Positions 10,321 to 21,100 of a stretch of 64,000 nt of DNA are shown piece after piece. The notes beneath the pieces are model-generated. The model had not been told where the DNA came from. It was given only the letters and a program-made list of their open reading frames with translations, and searched no databases. A program made the translations under genes and the position numbers. Source of the stretch: a virus (lineage: Duplodnaviria > Caudoviricetes); the IMG/VR virus record IMGVR_UViG_3300014204_013734, positions 128,001-192,000 of that record; one strand, written 5' to 3'. Numbering within the stretch: position 1 is the stretch's first letter; the number at the start of each line of letters is the position of its first letter.

Positions 10321-10668
10321 ATGAACAAGGCAGTTATGGACAAACTAGACGAAGCTTCAGATTTGGTTGATAAGGGGCATCGGTTTTCCGAAGCAGTAAA
10401 AATACTGGACACGCTTATGCAGCGAGAAGAGGTGTATGCTTTCAAACCGTTGTATGCACTTCTGGGGAATCTGTACCATGAAATTGGGGCGTTGGCAACG
10501 CAGAAGCGTCCTAGCAAATCCTGGATTTTCCGACTTCGGGATAAATTCTATGAAGCTTCAAAACTGGTTCATAAAATGCCGGATACTTTGGAATCCAAGG
10601 TTGCCAAGATTGCGGCCGAACATCCCGAAACGCGACAATACTTGGTTCCAATCCTGAAAAGCCGGTGA
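10321..10668 (+). CDS. Hypothetical protein with C-terminal EHPETR tag
   Basis: Ends LESKVAKIAAEHPETRQYLVPILKSR. Confidence 0.75.
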   Translation: MNKAVMDKLDEASDLVDKGHRFSEAVKILDTLMQREEVYAFKPLYALLGNLYHEIGALATQKRPSKSWIFRLRDKFYEASKLVHKMPDTLESKVAKIAAEHPETRQYLVPILKSR

Positions 10669-10684
10669 AAAAAGGAAACTGACG

Positions 10685-11176
10685 ATGAACAAGAGACGCG
10701 TCTATTCCGGGAAGCCTTTCACTGTTCTGACAGGAATTGCCCCGCTTGAAAGGACCGCTACGTTCGGGCAAATCATGGCTGGTGGAAAGTTGTCAAACGA
10801 CCTCATGGTTACCGATCCGGCCGGGATCGTTCCTGCGTCCGGGTCTTTCACCGTCAACGACAATGATTTCACCACTGGACGGGCTGAAATCATTTTGGGA
10901 AACTACAGCATCGTTAGTAATGTTGATTTTTATCCTGGGATTAACGTGGCGGCTACCGCAGCCAATATCGTCCTGGCCATCAGTGGGATATTGCCTGGAT
11001 TCAGGGCAGATCGAATCGGGGCGGTAGTTACGGTGTATTATGATGACGGGTCGGCGAATGACGTTGACTTCCGGGTCGTCCATCTTGGTGAAAAGGTGAA
11101 CTTCAATGCTTTGTCGCCATCTACCGGTCTTTTGCAGTTCGGTAGTCCAAGAACGCAGGGCATGACTATTTCCTGA
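10685..11176 (+). CDS. Putative virion structural protein
   Basis: AAGGA RBS; beta-rich composition. Confidence 0.55.
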   Translation: MNKRRVYSGKPFTVLTGIAPLERTATFGQIMAGGKLSNDLMVTDPAGIVPASGSFTVNDNDFTTGRAEIILGNYSIVSNVDFYPGINVAATAANIVLAISGILPGFRADRIGAVVTVYYDDGSANDVDFRVVHLGEKVNFNALSPSTGLLQFGSPRTQGMTIS

Positions 11177-11187
11177 AAGGATTTTCC

Positions 11188-11892
11188 ATGAGGAGATCAA
11201 AAGACCTAATAGATAAGGACAAGATTATGGCTTTGGTGCCGAAGGGGGCCACCAGAATCCAAGTTAAGGACGAATTTGGGAATAAGAGATACCGGAGTTT
11301 GTTTGAAGTTACGGATACGGATGAAATCCAAATTTCCAAAACAGGGGAACCTGTTGTTATGATGTCCAAACCCGGTCGTCCACTGGATGTGGAATTGAAA
11401 CCGGCTACCCCCGCCGTAGCTGAAATGATACGCCAGAAGGAAAAGGCTCTGGACGAAGATCCTATCATGGCACACGTCAAGCGGGATCCGGAATCCAGTG
11501 ACGTGCTCCATTTTGCCCTTCAGGCTTTGGCGGAAGAAGCTGCCAGCATCGGATTTGAACGGAAGGAAGCTGAACGACGTGGGGAATTTACGTCGGACTT
11601 GTCTATTCGTCGGGTTAACACCCTGAAGACACTTGTGGATACGTGGCTTAAGCGGAAAGAACAGGTGTCAGCTAAAGAGATTGATCTCAAGTCCCCTATG
11701 TTTCAGGCTCTTTTTGGATTTATGTTGGAAACGGTAGGGGATGCTATGAACACCTGCGGGGTTCGTAGAGAGTTGATTGAAACCGTCTTTTCCAAACTCG
11801 CCAAAGAAATGGAATCGGGTCAATGGGAAGCGGATGCCCGTATTCGTATGAGAAATCCTGGGGCCAAGACCTCAGTGAAGAAAGGAAGTTGA
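11188..11892 (+). CDS. Hypothetical protein, possible terminase small subunit
   Basis: Helical/coiled-coil protein two genes upstream of TerL; function inferred from position only. Confidence 0.4.
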   Translation: MRRSKDLIDKDKIMALVPKGATRIQVKDEFGNKRYRSLFEVTDTDEIQISKTGEPVVMMSKPGRPLDVELKPATPAVAEMIRQKEKALDEDPIMAHVKRDPESSDVLHFALQALAEEAASIGFERKEAERRGEFTSDLSIRRVNTLKTLVDTWLKRKEQVSAKEIDLKSPMFQALFGFMLETVGDAMNTCGVRRELIETVFSKLAKEMESGQWEADARIRMRNPGAKTSVKKGS

Positions 11893-11893
11893 C

Positions 11894-12349
11894 ATGGCCC
11901 TTTACGAAAAAGTGGCTGCTTTGGCCAATTCCGTACCGGAACTTCGTCAACATTTGGTTCCACTTCTGAAGGAAGCAATGGAATTTCCAACGGAAGATGC
12001 TTTGAAAGATTACTTGGAAAAGCACCCGGATGCTGACCGGTCTAAACACACCGTCAAGCAAAAGAAGGACGAAGCTCGGAAACCTGATGAGGGTGTAGCT
12101 AAGAAGTTGGGGATTTCAGAGGAAGACATGGCAGCTTTGTCCAACAAGGCAAAACGCAGTTTCCCTAATTCTGTCGCGTTCAAACATTTGTTTCCAAAGG
12201 CAAAGGGGTTTAGTTTTACTGATTTGGATTATGCAAGCAATTACAGTGACGCCGATTTGAAGTCTGAGTTCGGTATCAGCAGGGATGATCTTAATAAATA
12301 CCGAGAACTTACACGGCATTTGATGAAGGCAAAGAAACGGAAGTCCTAA
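11894..12349 (+). CDS. Hypothetical protein with N-terminal EHPETR-type tag
   Basis: MALYEKVAALANSVPELRQHLVPLLKEAMEFPTEDALKDYLEKHPDADRSKH; closely similar module in 57581..58048. Confidence 0.75.
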   Translation: MALYEKVAALANSVPELRQHLVPLLKEAMEFPTEDALKDYLEKHPDADRSKHTVKQKKDEARKPDEGVAKKLGISEEDMAALSNKAKRSFPNSVAFKHLFPKAKGFSFTDLDYASNYSDADLKSEFGISRDDLNKYRELTRHLMKAKKRKS

Positions 12350-12352
12350 TCT

Positions 12353-14233
12353 ATGGGCAGCAACCTAGCTAACATCGCTCTCGGGGTGGCTCGGGCCTCC
12401 CGAAACAGGTCGGTGTTGCAGGACACCCCGGCCGATATCATTCAGTTCATTGAATCCCCTTGGGGCATCCACATGCCCTTATTTCCAGTCCAGCGTGTTA
12501 TTCTGAAAGCATATTATGGGTTGGAACTGGACGACAAGGACACGTTTGAAGTTTACTCCGATTGGCATTTGAACAAGATTCGGAATTTCACCGAAGCTGG
12601 GTACTTGCGTTACCTCCATGATGAAGGTCGATGCAACGTCCGGGAAATAGTTCCAGGAAAACCCAAGACGGAACTGGTGTTGAGCATAGGCAGGCGTGGC
12701 GGGAAAACCCTTTTGTCCTCATGTATATCATCTTATGAGTCATATAGATTGATTATGAAGGGAGATCCGAAAAGCTATTACGGGATTTCCCCGTCAACGA
12801 CCATTCAGATTATTGCCATTGCTACGGATAAAGATCAGGCGGGATTGTTATACACGGAAGTTTCCGGACATTTCCGTGGTTGTGACTTTTTCGGTCCCTA
12901 TACGGCTAACAACACCTTGTCCTACGCTAGATTCCAAACTCCGAGTGACATTGAAAAATATGGGCGGTATGCTGATAATCCATCAGCTATGGCGTCGGTG
13001 AAAGTGACGTTCCGGTCGTGTATCGCCAAGGGACTTCGTGGACCTGGTAATATCGTCGTCATCATGGACGAAGCGGCCCATTTTACGGATGGGGGTCAAT
13101 CTTCCGCTGAAGCCGTGTACACTGCCGTCACGCCGTCTACATCAACGTTTGCCCCCAAGGATCCGAACGACAAGCGCAAACCAATTGGGGATGTTGAAGG
13201 CAAGATTATTTCCATCAGTTCCCCATTGGGGAAGCAAGGTCATTTTTACAAACTGTTTCAGACAGGTATGAAGGGTGGAAAGGCGGGGGCCAGCATGCTT
13301 TGTATCCAGGCGCCTACCTGGGAAGCTAACCCGACTCTTCCTGCGTCTGAATACGAAAAGCATTATCACAAGGATCCGACGATATTCTTTACGGAATATG
13401 GCGGAGAATTTACAGACAGAACCCGAGGCTGGTTGGAACGGCCGGAAGATTTGATCGCCTGTGTTGACAAGACGCGTCGGCCAATGACCAATGGGATTCC
13501 TCGTCAGCCCCATTTCATTGGAATTGACCTTGGGCTCGTCAATGATGCCACGGCAGTTGCCATTGGGCATCATGATCTGATTGGGGGTCAGAAGAAAATC
13601 GTTCTTGATTTGGTAGATCAGATTAAGGCGGGGGAAGGGAAATTTTCAGATGTGACCCGGCTGGAATTTGATGATGTTGCCGACTGGATTCTCCAACTGT
13701 CGAAACGGTTTTACTTGGCGGAAGGAATGTTTGACCAATGGACCGGGATCCCGTTTGAACAAGCTTTGGAAAAACGGGGCTTGCGCCAACTGAAATCCGT
13801 GGTCATGACTAAGGCCTTGAACAGCGAAATATATCGAAATTTCAAGGATGTGATGTGGGACAAGTGGTTGGTTCTTTACGATTGGCCTATCCCTGCGGAT
13901 ACTTCGCAGGGGGCGCATTGTGCCTATCTTGAAGAATTGTTTGAACTTCAGGCGGAATATCAATCTAAGTACGTGACCGTTGTTCACGCTCCACAAATAG
14001 AAGGCAAGCATGACGATAGGTCAGATGCCTTGGTGCGTATGATTTGGATGGCCAGCAACGCCCTTGGAAACATGAAACATATGACAGGGACTAGGGGCGG
14101 ATTTGCAACTCTAGGATCGTATCAGGCGTTTGAATCTATGTGGAGGAAATCCAGAATCAAAGCATTGCGGGGCGGTTCAAGTCCTGAACGCCAAATTCCC
14201 AGACAAGGCAGACAATCCCTGCGTACGAGGTAA
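12353..14233 (+). CDS. terL: Terminase large subunit
   Basis: Walker A GRRGGKT, Walker B VVIMDEAAHF, ISSP coupling motif, nuclease FIGIDLG and HDDRSDAL. Confidence 0.93.
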   Translation: MGSNLANIALGVARASRNRSVLQDTPADIIQFIESPWGIHMPLFPVQRVILKAYYGLELDDKDTFEVYSDWHLNKIRNFTEAGYLRYLHDEGRCNVREIVPGKPKTELVLSIGRRGGKTLLSSCISSYESYRLIMKGDPKSYYGISPSTTIQIIAIATDKDQAGLLYTEVSGHFRGCDFFGPYTANNTLSYARFQTPSDIEKYGRYADNPSAMASVKVTFRSCIAKGLRGPGNIVVIMDEAAHFTDGGQSSAEAVYTAVTPSTSTFAPKDPNDKRKPIGDVEGKIISISSPLGKQGHFYKLFQTGMKGGKAGASMLCIQAPTWEANPTLPASEYEKHYHKDPTIFFTEYGGEFTDRTRGWLERPEDLIACVDKTRRPMTNGIPRQPHFIGIDLGLVNDATAVAIGHHDLIGGQKKIVLDLVDQIKAGEGKFSDVTRLEFDDVADWILQLSKRFYLAEGMFDQWTGIPFEQALEKRGLRQLKSVVMTKALNSEIYRNFKDVMWDKWLVLYDWPIPADTSQGAHCAYLEELFELQAEYQSKYVTVVHAPQIEGKHDDRSDALVRMIWMASNALGNMKHMTGTRGGFATLGSYQAFESMWRKSRIKALRGGSSPERQIPRQGRQSLRTR

Positions 14234-14238
14234 AGGCT

Positions 14239-14496
14239 ATGGCTTCTGACCCCAAATCGCCCGTTAGGGCTGATCATAGGTTCTTGAAACAGCTCGCTTC
14301 ATCCGTTTTAGGTGGTAAGGTAGATGTCAGGCCGGATGAATGTGATCAGGCCGCTAGGATTTTCCATATTCTTGGGGGATCCTGGGTGAAGGTGTTCATG
14401 GGATCTTCGTGGGATATCGGTCTTTTGAAAGACATCCTGAAACAATTGCACAAGGCAGGGAAGCTTACCTTGACGGTTGATTGGCAGGTGCATTGA
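14239..14496 (+). CDS. Hypothetical protein
   Basis: GAGG/AAGG RBS; TGATG overlap with the next gene. Confidence 0.6.
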   Translation: MASDPKSPVRADHRFLKQLASSVLGGKVDVRPDECDQAARIFHILGGSWVKVFMGSSWDIGLLKDILKQLHKAGKLTLTVDWQVH

Positions 14497-14780
14497 TGGG
14501 TCGGTTAAGGGCCAGATTGGCGGGGAACGAAATTGACAGGGAATTGAAATCCTGTCTGGCTGAAGCGGAACGACATTTGGAACGGGCTCTTGCCGTGTGT
14601 CGCAGGGTAGCCAAGACGGAGCACTTGTCATCCCGTAAAGCCTTGAATGCTGCTAAGGTTGTTGGGTCATCCCTGTCTGCAATACGGTCTATCGGGAGTC
14701 TGGTTCCTTCCATTGACGTGTCTGATCCCGATTTAACAAAACCTACCGAAGAATCTGAACGGGGATCCTTCAGGAGTTAG
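14496..14780 (+). CDS. Hypothetical protein
   Basis: Translationally coupled ORF filling the gap before the portal gene. Confidence 0.6.
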   Translation: MGRLRARLAGNEIDRELKSCLAEAERHLERALAVCRRVAKTEHLSSRKALNAAKVVGSSLSAIRSIGSLVPSIDVSDPDLTKPTEESERGSFRS

Positions 14781-14791
14781 AAGGTCTAATA

Positions 14792-17700
14792 ATGAATCAG
14801 GATGAAAAAGTGGTCAAGAAGATACCCATCAGGAAGGGTATCGTTACGGGTCGACCCAACAAGGTTGTCACTTCAGCCATGCGGTCTAAAGTGGCATTTC
14901 CGACTTCCGGCGGTACTATCACGGGTTCCGGCGGGAATTTCTATTCTCCTGAACTGTCGACTGACTTCCTTGAACTCCCCCAAAGTATCAATGAACGTTG
15001 GAATTACTATCGCTTTTTCTATGACAACGAACCCTTCGTCGGGCAGGCTATAGATCTGCATACGGAACTTCCCCTTTCAAAAATCCGTCTGGTGCCGCCG
15101 GAAGCCAAGAATAGAGATTTGGCTCAGCAGGCGTTGACCTTTTGTGAAAAATGGTCCAAGAACATTCGGCTTCTTCACCGACTCATTGCAATCGTCCACG
15201 ATTATCACCTGATTGGGGAAGTGTACGTCTTTGCCGAAGACACTTCTCCTGATCTGCCACAGGATGTCCGGCAGGAACCCTTGCGGGAAATCACTTCCGA
15301 AGGGGAAGCCATAGAACGTTGGATAGATCGTCCTGACGCGGATGCACGGGCAATTGATTGGCTCAAGAGAAATTACAAGGGGTGGTCCGCTTTGAGGGTG
15401 CTTCCCCCTGAACAAATCCACATGACGTCATTCCCGTTCACTGACGAAAAAATTATTGAACTGGTTCCGGATTCTAAGACCAAGGACATTGTGGAAAAGG
15501 CTGACGCCGGGGATCTTCAGGCTGTCAGGGTCGTGGAATCCATGCCACAGGACATCATCCAGGCAATCAAGGAAGGTAAGAATATCCCCTTGAATACCGA
15601 TCCTGATGCCGGGTCTTTCGTTCATTATCTGGCTCGGAAGCGGAGTGATTACGACGAACACGGCAAGTCCATTCTTCAACGGTGCCTTCTGCCTGGAACA
15701 CCTATTTGGATCAAGCGGCATGGGACTATCCAACAGATTGCTGTGGAAGAGGTGAATGATTCCACGGATCTTTTGTTGACTCACCTGGGCCGGTTTATGC
15801 CTTGTAAGGCAGGAACCCGCCCGGTAGATGAAGAAATCACCGTCCTTGAAATCGAAGGTGTTGAAGAACCTTTGAAGCTGACTTCCGACCACGAAGTCCT
15901 TCGTGTCCTTGAAGACGGGTCTGAAGAGTGGGTTGCAGCAGGCAAACTGCAAATCGGGGATATTGTTCGGGAAAGTCATGTCCTTCTCGATGGAAATCCG
16001 GATGGAAATCCGGCAATTCCTTATCATTTCAAGAACATTGACATGGTCAGTTGGTGGTCGGGTCGTATCCTTGATTCAATCAAGCGCGGCAGACCCGGCA
16101 CAGATTTGTTGGAAACAGAACGGAAAGTTGTCGTTGAAGCTATTCATCCTGATGGGAATGGTATTGTCGTATCCTTCCGTCATGAAAATGACAATCGGAA
16201 CCGAGTGAAGATTAGTCCTGTGTTGGAAAAGATACTTTCTTGGGCGTTTAGCCTGGAAGTTCCCGTTGTCAAAACGCAGGCGGAAGTAGCTGTTCTTGCA
16301 GGGGTGTCGGAACGTGATGTTAGGATGTACGTCCCCCGTCTCCGTAAAGAAGGTCTGCTGAAGACGGAAGTCAGGTCCCTTGGCAGGGGGAAGGGTCAAT
16401 CCGTGACGTGGTTCCCTGCGGTAACTGGGACGCTTCCCCCTATTATTACAACCCTGTCTTCCCCTATCAGGAATATTGCCGTTGATGAAAATTTCTGTTG
16501 GTTGCTTGGGGCATGGTTTGGGGATGGTTTCGTTTGGACGGAACACGAAACTTTGTTGAACGTTGACTGTGTCGGATGGTCCCTTCACGACCAAGATGTT
16601 GAAGCTAAGGTCGTGGAATTGGTTGATAAGTATTTTGGTTCTGTGAATGTGAAGCGGGGTTGTCTCGTTGACAAGAACACGGATTCCGATGACCTTCGCA
16701 TTGAAGACCCCCTTTTGGCCCGTTGGTTTATGGAAGAATTTGGGTACACGGCACAAGGTAAGCAGATGCCCGAATGGCTTTTCCATCTTCCCGAAAGTTA
16801 CGTCCTGGCTTTTCTTCGTGGTCTGTTAGACACGGATGGTTGGATAGGGGTTGATACGGCATTTCAGATTGGGTTCGGCATGGACAATAAGGTTTTGATT
16901 GACCAGATGCACCTGTTGTGTAATCGGGTCGGGATCAAGACACATGTTGGGAAAAACCATAAGAAGGAACGTTCCTGGACAAGAACCTGGAACACCAAGA
17001 AGGGTGTTCGGGAAAAGACCTATGATTACGAAGCCAAGACTTATCCGACTTTGACTTGTTCTCGTTCCGAAGATGTTCGGCGATGGGCAGGGGAAGGAAG
17101 TATCAAGGGTTCCAGGGTTGAATGGGTAGACAGGGAACCAGACAACCGTAGGGGACCTAAGATGATCGGCGGATGGCTGGTCCACAGGATTGCTTCGGTT
17201 TTGAATACCCCCTACAAGGGTCCGGTGTGGTCGTTTGATGTTGAAGAGGATACTTCTCATTTTACTTCAATCATCACACATAATTGTTTGAGAACGCTGG
17301 TCTTCAGAGACAAGATTCGGCAGGCGCATACGTCCATTGCTTCTCGACACATGACGCCTTACCGGGTCATTTATGCCGAAAATATGAATGATGACCAGAC
17401 GGAAGCCTTGCGTGATCAAGTAGACTTGGCTTTACAAGACCCCGACTATTCCATCATCACGAACTTCGCGGTGACGTGGGAAGAAATGGGCGCCGATCAG
17501 CGGTTGCCCGACTGGTCTTGGGTGTGGGACATGACGGATCGTCAGCTTTATGCCGGTCTCGGCGTAACTGAAAGTCTGTTGTCCGGGGAAGGGGCCTATG
17601 GGGGTGACAGACTTCACCTAGAAGTTATCAACACCAGGTACATGTTACTGCGTGAAATCCTTCAAGATTTCGTTGAACATGATCTGTTCCGTCCTATGTG

Positions 17701-18070
17701 TGCAAGGATGGGGTTCGTTGAGGAAGACGATGAAGGGAATGTAGAACCTTTGGTTCCGCGTTTGTCCTTCACTCGTCTTGCTTTGCGTGATAATTCGGAC
17801 ACCTTTGACGCCTTGTTCAATCTCTACCAGAAGGGCAGCCTTGACATTGACATCATTCTGGATCTTCTCAACATAGATCCGGTAACAACCCGAGAAAAGC
17901 TGCAACGGGATGTGTTCACGTTGAATGATTCTTCGTTCAATGAAGTTTTACGGGGCATCTACCAGAAAGTCGGGGATCTTTTGGTAGAAGGTTCCGATGT
18001 TACGGAAAAGATTGCCGAAAACCTTGGACTGGTGTTCAAGAAAGTCAAGGAAGGCGGCGAACGTTTCTGA
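14792..18070 (+). CDS. Portal protein containing one intein
   Basis: Follows TerL; ~558-aa extein with portal-like motifs (EPFVGQAIDLHTELPL, HGKSILQRC, AGLGVTESLLSGE). Confidence 0.8.
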   Translation: MNQDEKVVKKIPIRKGIVTGRPNKVVTSAMRSKVAFPTSGGTITGSGGNFYSPELSTDFLELPQSINERWNYYRFFYDNEPFVGQAIDLHTELPLSKIRLVPPEAKNRDLAQQALTFCEKWSKNIRLLHRLIAIVHDYHLIGEVYVFAEDTSPDLPQDVRQEPLREITSEGEAIERWIDRPDADARAIDWLKRNYKGWSALRVLPPEQIHMTSFPFTDEKIIELVPDSKTKDIVEKADAGDLQAVRVVESMPQDIIQAIKEGKNIPLNTDPDAGSFVHYLARKRSDYDEHGKSILQRCLLPGTPIWIKRHGTIQQIAVEEVNDSTDLLLTHLGRFMPCKAGTRPVDEEITVLEIEGVEEPLKLTSDHEVLRVLEDGSEEWVAAGKLQIGDIVRESHVLLDGNPDGNPAIPYHFKNIDMVSWWSGRILDSIKRGRPGTDLLETERKVVVEAIHPDGNGIVVSFRHENDNRNRVKISPVLEKILSWAFSLEVPVVKTQAEVAVLAGVSERDVRMYVPRLRKEGLLKTEVRSLGRGKGQSVTWFPAVTGTLPPIITTLSSPIRNIAVDENFCWLLGAWFGDGFVWTEHETLLNVDCVGWSLHDQDVEAKVVELVDKYFGSVNVKRGCLVDKNTDSDDLRIEDPLLARWFMEEFGYTAQGKQMPEWLFHLPESYVLAFLRGLLDTDGWIGVDTAFQIGFGMDNKVLIDQMHLLCNRVGIKTHVGKNHKKERSWTRTWNTKKGVREKTYDYEAKTYPTLTCSRSEDVRRWAGEGSIKGSRVEWVDREPDNRRGPKMIGGWLVHRIASVLNTPYKGPVWSFDVEEDTSHFTSIITHNCLRTLVFRDKIRQAHTSIASRHMTPYRVIYAENMNDDQTEALRDQVDLALQDPDYSIITNFAVTWEEMGADQRLPDWSWVWDMTDRQLYAGLGVTESLLSGEGAYGGDRLHLEVINTRYMLLREILQDFVEHDLFRPMCARMGFVEEDDEGNVEPLVPRLSFTRLALRDNSDTFDALFNLYQKGSLDIDIILDLLNIDPVTTREKLQRDVFTLNDSSFNEVLRGIYQKVGDLLVEGSDVTEKIAENLGLVFKKVKEGGERF
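15683..17284 (+). mobile_element. Intein (534 aa) with LAGLIDADG endonuclease and an inserted winged HTH
   Basis: CLLPGTPI start, LTSDHEV block B, WLLGAWFGDG and FLRGLLDTDG, end VWSFDVEEDTSHFTSIITHN|C. Confidence 0.93.
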
Positions 18071-18077
18071 TTTTCTT

Positions 18078-18093
18078 CGTTTTTTTCCTTATC
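18078..18093 (+). promoter_or_regulatory. Candidate phage late promoter motif
   Basis: CGTT-tttttcct-TATC upstream of the giant ORF. Confidence 0.5.
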
Positions 18094-18142
18094 GGCCGCC
18101 CCTTACGGACGCACTTTCTTCGGGCGTGAGGGTTCTGGCATT

Positions 18143-21100
18143 ATGCAGCAGACAGTTTCCAGCGCAAAAGACGGCAGAAAGACGGGGGACGGGTCCGGGG
18201 TCGGATTTTTCATTCCCCTTCCTCCTGATCTTGGGGCGCAGTTCCCTGACCTTGGGGATGAAGACCGCAGCAATCCGCATACGACATTTCTTTACGTTGG
18301 GGAAGTTCCTGAAGAACGAGAAGCCGAATTCCTGGAAGTGTCTGCCCGTGTCCTGGGGACGTTGGGCGGTCTTGTTCGGGGTTATCTTGATCACCTTGAC
18401 TATTTTACGCAGCCAGACAAGGACCGGAAGGTCGCTGTCATGGCGATTCGGTTTGACAAGGATCTTGCAGCACTTAGATGGAATCTACGCGATGCCCTTC
18501 TTGATGCCGGTTTTCAGGTAGCTGATGGATTCCCCCTTCTGTACAAACCGCATGCAACTATCCAATACATGGAAGGACTTGGTTCCGAATGGAAAGGTCA
18601 TGTCCCTTCCGGGTCATGGTCATTTGACAGGATGGAAGTTTGGGGTCTGCCGAAACTGCATTCCGTTTATTTTGGTGAATCCGTGGAAGGACGTGTAGCG
18701 TCCAGGTTCCTGGAATCCATGGAACACGGGGTTTCGGTTGCCTTGATGAAGTTCTTGTCGGATGTTGCCAAAAAAGCAGGCGTGTCAAAAAACACCTACG
18801 TAGTAGGCGGGGCCGTTCGTAATTTCATTTTGGGGGTGCCCGTCAAAGACGTGGATGTCGTGATAGATTCCATTGCTTCGGGCAAGGATTCCGCATGGTT
18901 CGCCAAAAAGGTCAAGGAAGCGATTCCCGTCCCAACCAGTTTCGTGACCAATCAGTACGGTGTTGCATTGCTGACGGTGAAGGGGGATTGGTTCGTTGAT
19001 GGGGCTAATCTGAATGGGGAAACCATAGAGATTGCCAACGCCCGGAAGGAATCCTATGGTGGGGAAGCGGGCCAAGGTTACAAACCCCATATGGTCGCTC
19101 CTGCGACCATAAAGGAAGATGTCATCAGGCGGGATTTCACTTTCAACACCCTCATGTGGCGTCTCCATGATCTATCTTCCGGTCCCGATGCGGCAGAAAT
19201 CCTGGATATAACCGAATGCGGATTGAAGGATCTGCAGGCGGGGGAAATGCGGTGCCCTTCCGATCCTGACAAAACTTTTTCGAATGATCCTTCCAGATTG
19301 ATACGGGCCATAAAATTTATTTTGAAATACGGATTCAAGGTTCCCCCGGAAGTGGAAGCTTCTATTCGCCGTAACGGTCTGAAGCTCAGAAACGTCCCTC
19401 CTGGTCACCTTAGCAACATGATCATTGAATTGTTCTACGAAGGTGGGTGGGGTCGGCGTGCTTTGGAAGAAATGGACAAGTTGGGACTCCTGGAAGTCAT
19501 CAAAGACATAGCTAGGACGGACAAACCTTTCAGGGAAGCCTTGTCCAATTGGGCAGACCGCAAGGCTGACATTTCTTTCCTGTTTGACCTGATTGACATC
19601 GGGATGCCGACCGGAAGGCGTTTGAACTTCCTGACACAACCGCAGAAGGACCGTCTCAGGGAAATAACCGTACAATGGCCTGCTGAGAAGTCCGACGAAT
19701 TTGTAAACCTGCTGGAACAGCCTGGGCGCATCAAGGGTCTTGCTTTCGGGGGATTGATCCAGGAACTTGGGCTTCAAGGACCAGGAATCAAGGCGTTGAC
19801 CGACACCGTTCGCCAACGGCTTCTTGACGATCCTGATTTGGTCAGAAATCCTGACAAGCTCAGGAGGTTGGTCGGGTTGGGGAAAACGGCCGGGATTGAC
19901 AAACCCTTGGACAAGGACTGGTTGATGGCCGTCCGACGGGGATGGTTGAAATTGATGAATCCTGCTATCCGTGATTACGGCGATGTGCTGAAAGCGTTTA
20001 ATGCTTTGGATGCCTTTGCCGAAAACTTGCAGGATCAGGTGCTTAATGTCAGGCGTGATCTTTTTACGAACGATGTCAGAACTGACAAGGTAATTGCCGG
20101 CATCAAGAGGCTTCGGGAAGCAATTTCGGATTCCAGATACCATGCGAAGTTTTGGTCCGAGTGGCTTGACGGGACATCCGTGGGTTTTCGGTTGGGGGAA
20201 GATCGGACCGCAGATGCCTTGAAGATGTTGGAATTGTACCGCACGAATTTTTCTGATGCTTCTGGAACTTCAGTGAAGGGGCGTAAAAGTCCCAGCAACC
20301 CTTGGGCGAATAGCCGACAGGTTCCGTTGACTTATATCCTGGACGCGGTTTTGAAGGGGCTTTACGAAATTGCCAAAAAGAATCTGGAAGTAGGGGAGTC
20401 CGGGGACATACCGGAATATGAATCGTTCTTTCGGGAATTTTCCCTGGGAGGCATGAAGATTCTTATCAGTGATCCGAAAACACATGGTAAGGCGATAGGT
20501 GCCTATGTCCGTCAGATTGGTAAGGCAAAGCATCTTTTGGAAGCGGCTGGATTCGCCAAGGATTGGCGTGGGTTGATGATGGTCCAGTCGTCTGATTGGC
20601 ATGTTTTGACTGACACGGAAAGGGAAATATATCGGCGCAGAGGTTATGACATTCAGGAAACTGCGGGGCAGTATAGAAGTGGATCCGATTCCATTGTCCT
20701 GACTTCCCCCCCGGATTGGTCTTTGGTATTGACAATCGTGCATGAGATCGGACACCGACATTGGTCCAAGTATTTGGATGTTTCCGACAGAAAACGTTTC
20801 GCGGACTGGATTGCCGAAGGTTTGGCTCCGGTCAGCGACTACGGGAAAACCAATCCGTCAGAAGCTTTTGCAGAGGTATTCGCTCATTATGTGAATCGAA
20901 AGAACATGACCAGAGACCAGTTGGAATCCTTCAAAGCAGTGGTCAATAAGACGGCGTCCGAAAAAAAGGTGTTGAAAAACAAAAAAGGCTGCTTGATTTT
21001 GGCTCGTGTAGGGGGTTTGAGTCCGGTTAGGCAGCGCAACGAAGCGGCGCCTGCCCGTAAAGGGTTGTGGGCCTTTCTATGGCCTTGGTTTGACACTTGG

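Noticed and set aside
17997-18521. Alternative-frame ORF containing QKTAE, suggesting a frameshifted N-terminus for the giant protein
   Set aside because: ATG 18143 already opens the frame with a plausible GAGG upstream; one 3-residue motif is too little evidence without reads or homologs
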